The notes beneath the pieces were generated by a model. That model was not told the origin of the DNA. It saw nothing but the letters and a program-made list of their open reading frames with translations, and ran no database searches. From Nitrosospira multiformis ATCC 25196 (lineage in GTDB: Bacteria; Pseudomonadota; Gammaproteobacteria; Burkholderiales; Nitrosomonadaceae), in assembly GCF_000196355.1 (NCBI RefSeq), contig NC_007614.1, positions 2,850,001 to 2,882,000 of the forward strand: a stretch of 32,000 nt of DNA, read 5' to 3'. A program made the position numbers and the translations under genes. This document shows, in pieces, positions 19,133 through 26,800 of the stretch (position 1 is its first letter; the number at the start of each line of letters is the position of its first letter).

Positions 19133-21202
19133 CTAAAACTCCCCTCTCAGCCCAGCGACGAGCGCCCTGCCCGGTAGCGGTGCGAAATTCTTCAGGAAAG
19201 AGGTATGAACACGCATTTCTTCATCGAGCAGGTTTCTGCCCTGGAGGAAGATTCGAATGCCGTTGGAGCGCGTCTTCTTGATGCGGTAACTTACCTCCAT
19301 GTTCACCATCGTATACCCGGGCGTGCTTGTCTCCAGTTCCGCCAGATCGTTCTGGCGCATCACCCGAGTGGCACTTATATTCGACGTCCAGGGGCCGGTT
19401 CTGTGATTGAATTCCAGGCCGAAGCGTAACGGCGTGATGCGCGGCACATTCCCTCCGTTATCAAGTTTTCCCCTTACGTAATCCGCGAACAGGCGCAGGT
19501 CGATTTCGTCCGGCTTCAACGTGAGAACGGTTTCTGCTTCGGCACCGTAAAATCTGGCTCCGCCTTGTGCAAAGTTCTGTACCAGAAACTCACCCGTGGG
19601 CTCCAGCATCCCTTCCTGATTCACGCGATCGGCCACACCGTCTCCATTCGTGTCCGCACTTTGGACGAAAATATAATTGTCGATCCAGTTATGGAATATA
19701 TTGATCTTCCACGTCACCATACCACTGGTCTTGCGCAGTGCCAGATCGAGATTGTTTGTGGTCTCGCTTCTCAATCCATTATTTCCGCTCTGGAAGGTGG
19801 CGGTTCCACGGTGTGCGCCATGGATATACAGTTCCTCTGTCGAGGGCGCGCGCTGACCGCGAATGCCAGTCAATGACAATCCGTAGCCATCCAGGAATTT
19901 CCATAAAATCCCGGCGGAGACATTGTAGAGACCAAAGGAACGTGAGGGATGACCGTCTTTGGGATTCTGGGCGGCGTACTCGCCGCGACCGCCCAGTTCC
20001 AGGCGCCATCGATTCCAATTGCGTTCTTCCACCAGGAACACACCTACCGAATGGGAATTGGTGACGGGTACCACGGTCTCTTCGCCCAAGGCGGAAAAAT
20101 GTCGGTTACGAAACTGCACACCGAATACGCCGTTCCAGTTTGCCACAGTAGCATGCGTGAGTTCGGCGCGGCTCTCCAGTCCCTGGTTCTTGAAACGGGT
20201 CGCAACTTCACCCGTGCTTTCGATCTCGTTGTGCTTGTAATCGTTGTAACCCATGCGCACCTTGAGCTTCTCGAGACCGGCCATGGGTTTGTCCAGTTCA
20301 CCCGCCAGATCATAGCGCGTCTGCTTGAGATCGATCTTCGAACCTTCCGGTCCGGGAATGCCATATTCGTTGTCCATTCGGGAGATCGAGCCGCCTACAA
20401 AACCTCTTTCCCCGACATACGAGCCCCCCCCGGACAAGCCGCCGGAATTGATGGCGCTGTTCCCGACAATTCCTTTCCGGCTGCCGGGATCACTCTCATT
20501 CGCCCGTCCCGGGATATGGTAATCGTCGGTTTTGCGCTTGAACCCCCCGACGCTCCAGGATGCTTGCCCGATACTTCCGCTTGCATTGAAGGCGCCGGCA
20601 CGCTCCTCGGTCGCGGTATTCCCACGCGCTTCGATATTGCCTTTTATCGACTTGAACAGTTGTTTTGGAATACGGCCGTTCACGACGTTGACCACGCCAC
20701 CCGACGCGCCGCTGCCGTAGAGAAGAGTTGATGGACCCCGGAGGATTTCGATTTGCGACGCATTGAGAGATTCGGCAGTAACGGCATGGTCTGGACTGAT
20801 TGAAGAGATATCGAGCGTACCGATGCCGTTCTCCAACACCCTGACGCGTGGCCCATCGAGACCGCGAATAATGGGACGACCGGCGCCCGGTCCGAAAAAA
20901 CTTGATGTCACGCCCAGTTCATGGGAAAGGGTATCCCCCAGGCTGGCTTCGCGTTTCCTCCGCAAATCATCTCCCTTCAATACGGAGACGGGCTGGGCTA
21001 TATCCAGCTCAGTGCGGTCCTCAAAAGGGGTTGCGGTGACAACTACGGGATTGAGTAGCTCAATTTTTTCCGCTTTTTGAGCCTGGACGGAGGATGCATT
21101 GAGCGCGAGCAGCGTTGCCATCGCCAATGCAGCGTATGAACTCGACCCTTCATGCGCACGGAGAACAGGTCCGCACGCAAAATCACAATTTGTACAACTC
21201 AT
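19133..21202 (-). CDS. TonB-dependent outer-membrane receptor (metal or metallophore class, substrate unknown)
   Basis: It has a signal-like segment SYAALAMATLLALNASSVQA and a TonB box/plug start LLNPVVVTATPFEDR. Plug motifs follow (IRGLDGPRVRVLENG, IEILRGPSTLLYGSGASGG), then a long beta-barrel ending in the terminal aromatic ...AGLRGEF. The track ORF begins at 21250. I trimmed it to the ATG at 21202 (MSCTNCDF...), but the start remains ambiguous. Confidence 0.88.
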   Translation of the reverse strand: MSCTNCDFACGPVLRAHEGSSSYAALAMATLLALNASSVQAQKAEKIELLNPVVVTATPFEDRTELDIAQPVSVLKGDDLRRKREASLGDTLSHELGVTSSFFGPGAGRPIIRGLDGPRVRVLENGIGTLDISSISPDHAVTAESLNASQIEILRGPSTLLYGSGASGGVVNVVNGRIPKQLFKSIKGNIEARGNTATEERAGAFNASGSIGQASWSVGGFKRKTDDYHIPGRANESDPGSRKGIVGNSAINSGGLSGGGSYVGERGFVGGSISRMDNEYGIPGPEGSKIDLKQTRYDLAGELDKPMAGLEKLKVRMGYNDYKHNEIESTGEVATRFKNQGLESRAELTHATVANWNGVFGVQFRNRHFSALGEETVVPVTNSHSVGVFLVEERNWNRWRLELGGRGEYAAQNPKDGHPSRSFGLYNVSAGILWKFLDGYGLSLTGIRGQRAPSTEELYIHGAHRGTATFQSGNNGLRSETTNNLDLALRKTSGMVTWKINIFHNWIDNYIFVQSADTNGDGVADRVNQEGMLEPTGEFLVQNFAQGGARFYGAEAETVLTLKPDEIDLRLFADYVRGKLDNGGNVPRITPLRFGLEFNHRTGPWTSNISATRVMRQNDLAELETSTPGYTMVNMEVSYRIKKTRSNGIRIFLQGRNLLDEEMRVHTSFLKNFAPLPGRALVAGLRGEF

Positions 21203-21410
21203 GTTGATTGCATAAATCCGGCAGGAAAACGGGTAATCGAAGCGACACAACTTTACTGCCGCAAGGGGGCGGCAGATATGGTCGGATGCCGGTCACCCTG
21301 GATAAATTTCGATTTACTGGATTACGGAATATCTGTCCGATCGACCGTAAACACCTGACGATCTCGATCAGAATCTCCTCGCTAAATAACGCTCAGTGGC
21401 CGTGCATGGC

Positions 21411-21818
21411 CTATGCGCGCCAAGCTTGCACGGGAGGGCCGCGCGTGGAGTAGGAGGTATAAGAATTGAAGAAAAGAGGCTGTGATTTTCGATAAAGACG
21501 CGCCTGCCGCCTTGTCTGACTCGAAAATACAATTACAAGGATAGAGAAAATAACGCTGAAACCTGTCAGCGCAAGGCAGTCGAGACAAAGCCGGTCGTTG
21601 TCGGCTTCACCCTCCGCCTCGTCAGCCACAGGAGGGATTACATCTTTGACTGCAGCGTCCTCCATCGTTTCCACCTCGGAAACGATGTCGCCTGCGGTGG
21701 TTTCCCCGACGTGAGTCAGCGCATGCGCCGCCTGAAGGACGGGCACCCATGCCAGCGCGAGCGCCAGCAGAACCAGAAATGATTGCTTACGCAACATTAT
21801 CGACCAACCGCTATTCAT
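21411..21818 (-). CDS. Small exported/membrane protein with a CxxC motif (DUF2946-like, tentative)
   Basis: 135 aa, or 128 aa from the internal start MLRKQSFLVLLALALAWVPVLQAAHA at 21797. A signal-peptide-like N-terminus is followed by an acidic linker, CLDCLAL, a hydrophobic segment and a C-terminal ...RGPP. The layout and the position next to a TonB-dependent receptor resemble DUF2946 proteins as I remember them. Not verified. Confidence 0.5.
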   Translation of the reverse strand: MNSGWSIMLRKQSFLVLLALALAWVPVLQAAHALTHVGETTAGDIVSEVETMEDAAVKDVIPPVADEAEGEADNDRLCLDCLALTGFSVIFSILVIVFSSQTRRQARLYRKSQPLFFNSYTSYSTRGPPVQAWRA

Positions 21819-21854
21819 TCCGGTGTCTTTACTGCATCAGCAACGATTCATCAA

Positions 21855-22283
21855 TCAGACACATTCGGCACACAAGCCTTTAACAGTCAACTCAACTTCC
21901 CGGGAACGATAACCCGCCGGCAGGACAAATTCGTGCGTAGTCTCGACCTCATTGAGACAAACCACCTTTGTGCAACGCAAGCATTCAAAGTGGGCATGTT
22001 GCTGCGAATGTTCGTGAAGGTTGGCACGAAAACGCCAGACTCTATCCGCACTCACCACCCGATGCACAAAGCCTTTCTCATTCAGCCACTCCAGCACCCG
22101 ATAGAGCGTAACCCGATCAAACCGATGTTCGCCCTTCAATCGCTCTTCAATTTCGTGATGCGTGACAGCTCGCCGCTCCGACAGTAGCATGGCAAGGATA
22201 TGAATCCGTCCGGGAGTGATACGCTCCCCGCGGTGACGGATCATCTCTTCGGCTTTTTTCTGAAGATCAATCAAAAAATGCAT
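21855..22283 (-). CDS. Fur-family metalloregulator (Zur-like, metal specificity unknown)
   Basis: The track ORF (201 aa from 22460) is trimmed to M60 at 22283, giving 142 aa. The sequence is MHFLIDLQKKAEEMIRHRGERITPGRIHILAMLL...THHEIEERL...DRVTLYRVLEWLNEKGFVHRV...HAHFECLRCTKVVCL...GLCAECV. This gives a winged-helix N-domain plus HxHxxCxxC and C-terminal CxxC, typical of the Fur family. The discarded 59-aa extension would overlap the divergent gene start. Confidence 0.85.
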   Translation of the reverse strand: MHFLIDLQKKAEEMIRHRGERITPGRIHILAMLLSERRAVTHHEIEERLKGEHRFDRVTLYRVLEWLNEKGFVHRVVSADRVWRFRANLHEHSQQHAHFECLRCTKVVCLNEVETTHEFVLPAGYRSREVELTVKGLCAECV

Positions 22284-22296
22284 TTGTGGTGTAGTT

Positions 22297-22311
22297 TGCA
22301 ACAGAGTTGCA
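22297..22311. promoter_or_regulatory. Perfect inverted repeat TGCAAC-aga-GTTGCA, candidate operator
   Basis: TGCAAC is at 22297-22302 and GTTGCA at 22306-22311. The repeat lies 14-28 nt upstream of the Fur-family start codon and 3 nt downstream of the candidate -10, in the 136-bp divergent intergenic region. Confidence 0.4.
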
Positions 22312-22314
22312 TTT

Positions 22315-22343
22315 ACTATAACTGAAAAGGCAAGCATTTGCAA
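22315..22343 (-). promoter_or_regulatory. Candidate sigma70 promoter of the Fur-family gene: TTGCAA-N17-TATAGT
   Basis: On the minus strand, -35 TTGCAA is at plus 22338-22343 and -10 TATAGT is at plus 22315-22320, with a 17-nt spacer. Hexamer match only. Confidence 0.35.
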
Positions 22344-22419
22344 TCGCGTGCGTCGAGATCCGCATGCATGGCATTGCCTTTGCAGTGCATTGGTGGCAGG
22401 ACAGTTGTAACAGGTAACG

Positions 22420-23781
22420 ATGAAACCAGGACGCGTCCTTTTTTTACTGCTTGCGGGCATGCTCGCCTATATCATTTCTGGATGCTCGCCCGCTTCCGCA
22501 GCGCCAACGCATAAGGGAACGCCCTCCAATTATCGAGGACTACTGAAGGAACTCAAGCCGGGCGACCACCTGCAACTCGCGCCAGGAGATTATAAGGAGG
22601 GATTGCCAGTCCACCATCTTCATGGAACCCCGGATGCACCCATCACGATTAGCGGAGCCAGTGAAAAAAATCCCCCAGCCTTCCGGGCGCGACCGGGTCA
22701 CAACACCATCAGCATCCTCAATTCCGGTTACATCGTCCTTCGTGATCTGGACATCGAGGGCAACAACTTACCGGTGGACGGGGTAAAATGCGAGGGACAT
22801 GCCGACTGGGCACATCACATTACCCTTGAGGGGTTACGCGTGCGCGGTCATGGCAACAACCAGCAGACCGTGGCCATCTCCACCAAATGTCCCGCCTGGA
22901 ACTGGATAATACGCAAAAATATCATCGAAGGCGCAGGCACTGGGCTCTATCTCGGCAACTCGGACGGCCGCGCGCCGTTTGTGGCCGGTTTGATCGAGCA
23001 CAATCTGATCGTTGACACGATAGGCTACAACTTGCAGATCAAGCATCAGGCACCTCGTCCCGCGCTGCCGGGAATGCCGCACGAACCTGGCACAACGATT
23101 ATTCGCCATAATGTTTTCAGCAAGGTAAATGGGGGAGCGAGAGAGTGGACCCGACCGAATGTACTGGTCGGCCACTGGCCTCTTACCGGCCCGGGATCAA
23201 ATGATCTTTATCTCATCTATGGCAATTTCTTTTATCAGAATCCGCACGAATCATTGTTCCAAGGCGAGGGAAACATTGCTTTGTACAATAACGTGTTTGT
23301 AAATCACTCTGGCGATGCAGTGCGCATCCAGCCTCACAATGGTACTCCTCGCGTAATCAGCGTGTTTTACAATACAGTGATTGCGCGACATACCGGTATC
23401 ACTTTGTCGACTGGAAAAGAAGACTTAACTGATCAGCACTGGATGGAAGGTAATGCCATTTTTGCCCGGATACCTTTAGCGGGCTACCCGACCAGGCGAA
23501 ATCTTGTTGGCAGATATCAGGCTGCGAGCGAATCTCTTATCAAGCCATTCGCGCCCCTGGGACAAATGAATCTTGCCCTGCTACCCGGCAAATGGCGCTT
23601 TCCTTCCATTGATTCCGGTCGGTTACGTCTATACCCGGACTCGGAAAAAGATTTCGACGGCGCGGTGGAAGATGTTCGTTTTGGTGCTTACGCTAATATA
23701 AAAAATAAGCCGGAACGCTGGATGCCGAAGCTGGAAATAAAGCCTGAATTTTACAGTGCCAAAAAACTTATGCAGAGGTAG
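22420..23781 (+). CDS. Lipoprotein with a right-handed parallel beta-helix fold (putative polysaccharide lyase/hydrolase, chondroitinase-B/PL6-like N-terminus)
   Basis: 453 aa. The signal sequence has a lipobox: MKPGRVLFLLLAGMLAYIISG|C. The N-terminus (LKPGDHLQLAPGDYKEGL...GTPDAPITISG) is typical of beta-helix carbohydrate-active enzymes. Asn/Gly-rich coils recur with period ~22-25 aa (IVLRDLDIEGNN, IRKNIIEGAGTGLYLGN, IEHNLIVDTIGYN, IRHNVFSK, IYGNFFYQN, LYNNVFVNHSGDA, VFYNTVIA, MEGNAIFA). Confidence 0.7.
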   Translation: MKPGRVLFLLLAGMLAYIISGCSPASAAPTHKGTPSNYRGLLKELKPGDHLQLAPGDYKEGLPVHHLHGTPDAPITISGASEKNPPAFRARPGHNTISILNSGYIVLRDLDIEGNNLPVDGVKCEGHADWAHHITLEGLRVRGHGNNQQTVAISTKCPAWNWIIRKNIIEGAGTGLYLGNSDGRAPFVAGLIEHNLIVDTIGYNLQIKHQAPRPALPGMPHEPGTTIIRHNVFSKVNGGAREWTRPNVLVGHWPLTGPGSNDLYLIYGNFFYQNPHESLFQGEGNIALYNNVFVNHSGDAVRIQPHNGTPRVISVFYNTVIARHTGITLSTGKEDLTDQHWMEGNAIFARIPLAGYPTRRNLVGRYQAASESLIKPFAPLGQMNLALLPGKWRFPSIDSGRLRLYPDSEKDFDGAVEDVRFGAYANIKNKPERWMPKLEIKPEFYSAKKLMQR

Positions 23782-23840
23782 ACTTTAGCCCTACAGCATC
23801 GAACACGTCGAACAAAAATACCTCTCTCTGAGCCACATCA

Positions 23841-26800
23841 TTGACTAACGCCACGAACTCGACAGCGCAATATCAGCTCAACACGTCATCGCTTGTTGGC
23901 CCTGTCCTGATCTATCTGGCGATTATCGTATATGGAAGCTTGCTTCCATTCCACTGGAATGGCCTCTCGCTTTCCGCCGCATGGTCGAATTTCCAGCATA
24001 TCCCGCTGTTGAAACTGGGAGTAGCCAGCCGTGCAGACCTGGTAGCCAACCTGCTTTTATATATCCCTTTCGGGCTGCTGCTCTGCGGTTGGCTGGTGGG
24101 AGAAAATCGGCAACCCCGGTTGATGTCGACCGGCATGCTGTTGTCGCTGCTGCTTTCATTGACAGTTGCGCTAGGCGTGGAATTTATCCAGCAATTCTTT
24201 GCTCCTCGCACCGTCTCGCTGAACGATATTTTTGCGGAGATTGCCGGCTCGATATTAGGGATTGCGCTCTGGCCTGTTATTGGGAAACACCTGACGCGTC
24301 TGCCCCAAACCATTGGCAATGGAGGAACACAGGCACGAGAGGGCATACTGGTCGCGTACGCCCTGTTGTATGCAGTACTCAGCTTATTTCCTTATGATTT
24401 TCTACTGTCCTTCGACGAGTGGCGGGACAAATTGGCCTCCGGTGCCGCCGGGTGGGTATTTGCGCCGAACTGCGGTGAAAAGTGCTTTTTACGACTCATC
24501 CCGGAGGCACTTCTGGTCGCGCCGCTGGCCGCGCTGATCTTTCGACAGCCCAGGCAACCCCCCCTGCCTTCCCTACTTCTTTCCGCAACAATTACGGGCG
24601 CAATACTGGGAGTTTTGATCGAAAGCCTGCAATTGACGATTGCGTCCGGCATCAGTCAGGGAGCTTCAGTCATCTCACGTGCAGCAGGCCTGGCGCTTGG
24701 AGCCGGACTGATACCGGTTGCCACGGGGGTGGATTGGCCCGCGCTGCGCCGGTACATCAACCCTGTACTGGCCCTGTGTATCCTCCCCTACCTGGGGGCG
24801 CTTGCGTGGTTGAACGGCTGGTTTTCGGGCGATCGACTGGGAGTATCCGAGGGTTTGGAGAAGCTTGGAGACATACACTTCGCACCGTTTTACTATCACT
24901 ATTTCAGTACTGAAACAGTCGCGCTTGCAAGCCTGTTATTTCAAGCTGCGCTCTATCTACCTATCGGGGCAGGCTTATGGCTCTGGCACTGGAGCAGTTT
25001 CCGGAGCGAGTGGCAACAAGACCGTCAACGGAGAACAGTCGTTGCTGGACTGGTTGCAGGAATAGTTGCATGTATTATTGAAGCCGGTAAGCTCTTCATT
25101 ACGGCGAAGCATCCAGACCCGACCAATATCCTGATAGCGGTGGCGGCAGCGATGGGAGCCTATCGGGTGCTCCATGCACTCTCTATCCCTCAGACTGACA
25201 CGCCGGCATCATCTGCGCGATTCAAGCCTGAGGAAATTGCGTCCCGCCATTATTTGACCCCGATTCTGGAGAAGTTTGCGGAAATCCCTCGGGCTGAGCA
25301 GCTTCTCTCGAAGGAACGTCCTCGCTGGACAGTGGCCGCCGGTGTCCTTGCTATCGTTTTCGCGACCTGGGCTGTGGTGACGACTCCGCTCAGCACAGGG
25401 TGGGTTTTTTTATCTCTTATCATATATGCAACATTGCTCTGGCGGCAGCCCGGTCTATGGCTCGTCTGCGTGCCCGCCTTGTTACCGCTACTTGATCTAA
25501 CGCATTGGACCGGCCGATTGTTCTGGACCGAGTTTGATACAGTGCTCCTGGTCACCCTGGGGGTAGGATATCTAAGGCTCGGCTCCAGATTGCCTCCGCA
25601 ACGTTCGTTGAGGAGATTCGGGCGCCTGCTGTTCTTCCTTTTTGTACTATCCGCAGCGATCAGCTTCGTCATCGGCTTATTCCCACTGGCGATACTCGAC
25701 CATAACGCCTTCTCGAGCTACATCAGTTCTTATAATGCGTTACGGGCGGGCAAAGGTTTGCTATTTGTTCTGGCTTTTATGCCTCTGCTTGCACTTCAAT
25801 GGGAAGAGCCGCTGCGCGCCACGAACCGTCTCGCTCTGGGAATGACATTGGGACTGGCAGGAACGGTGGCTTATGTATTATGGGAACGCGCTACATTTCC
25901 GGGACTTTTCAATTTTGAGGACGACTACCGCATCACCGGACCTTTCCCGGGCATGCATGTCGGTGGAGCTTATATCGAAGCCTTTCTGACCGCCACATTG
26001 CCATTCGTGGCACTTCTTGCATGGGAGCAACGCCGTGCCTGGGTTACGTTATTGGCGGTGGGTCTGTATGGCTTGGGAGGATATAGTGTGATGGTGACGT
26101 TCTCCCGGGGTGGCCAGGCGGCTTTTGCCTTGGGGAGCCTGGTTCTGCTGCTCGGCTTCTTGAAGCTTGCAGCCCGCGGGAATTCGCACCGCTTTTCCAA
26201 CATGGTTGCAGTGATTCTGATTGCCGGCGTTGCGACAGTCATTACATGGCCCATCTTCAGTGGGCAGTATAGCCAGACACGCTGGGCAATAGCCGAGCGG
26301 GACATGGACGTGCGCGCTGCCCATTGGGATGATGTCGTGAGCATTATTCAGAGGCAAAATGCGTCGCTTTTTGGCATGGGCCTGGGCTCGTTTCCAGCAG
26401 CCTATTTCTGGAACTCAAACGCACCCTCCCGCCCGGCCACTTATGGGTTCGTCAACGAAAACGGGAACAGCCTGTTACGACTCGGTAGTGGCGATCCTCT
26501 CTATTTTGAGCAAACCGTGGCAGTTGTGGCAGAACAATCGTATACGCTTGCAATGGATTTGCGCACGAAGACTGGAAATCCCATCCTGATTCCGGTGGTC
26601 TGCGAAAAAGCAATGCTTTATTCTTATACTTGCGCGAACCCGCCGCTACGAATTAATGCACCCGATAGGAACTGGTTTCATTTGGAGGTGCAAATTCATG
26701 CCAAGAATTTCGGACCACCGGGAAGCCGACTCCCAAGGCCCGTAATATTATCCCTCTACAATGGTGAACCTGGCACGGTAGTGGATGTGGACAACGTAAG

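Noticed and set aside
79-20731. Numerous long ORFs in the track lie antisense to, or out of frame with, the called genes. Examples are 79-876 +, 1096-1734 +, 3288-3980 +, 7838-8533 +, 8885-9457 +, 13994-14863 +, 18332-18979 + and 19949-20731 +.
   Set aside because: Each lies wholly inside a strongly supported gene on the other strand or frame. Their low-complexity, Arg/Pro/Ala/Gly-rich translations have no recognisable motifs. They are shadow ORFs, as expected in GC-rich coding DNA.
21188-21213. An imperfect inverted repeat TACAAC-tcat-GTTGAT at the TonB-receptor start, considered as a second copy of the TGCAAC-N3-GTTGCA operator.
   Set aside because: Only the CAAC/GTTG core (4 bp) pairs, the spacer differs (4 vs 3), and it overlaps the candidate start codon. 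This is too weak to call without a genome-wide motif model.
21203-21250. A 16-codon N-terminal extension of the receptor ORF (MCRFDYPFSCRIYAIN).
   Set aside because: It adds a non-signal-like, Cys-containing peptide ahead of the signal sequence. The ATG at 21202 is kept as the provisional start, but the true start is unresolved.
21256-21275. A GC-rich hairpin CTGCCGC-aagggg-GCGGCAG between the CxxC protein gene and the receptor gene, considered as an intrinsic terminator.
   Set aside because: On the transcribed (minus) strand it is followed by taaagttgtg rather than a U-run, and the stem is only 7 bp. It could be an attenuator or processing site but is not supportable as a terminator.
21203-21410. 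The ~200-nt leader upstream of the TonB-dependent receptor was checked for a cobalamin or other riboswitch and for an AT-rich Fur/Zur box.
   Set aside because: I found no B12-box-like element or conserved riboswitch core by eye, and no 7-1-7 or 9-1-9 AT-rich palindrome. The only structure is the hairpin noted in the next entry.
22284-22460. A 59-codon N-terminal extension of the Fur-family ORF (MPASSKKRTRPGFIVTCYNCPATNALQRQCHACG...), superficially a Cys-rich zinc-ribbon-like extension.
   Set aside because: It would span the whole divergent intergenic region, the candidate promoter and palindrome, and would overlap the start of the 453-aa gene. Fur-family proteins align from MHFLIDLQKK... onward.
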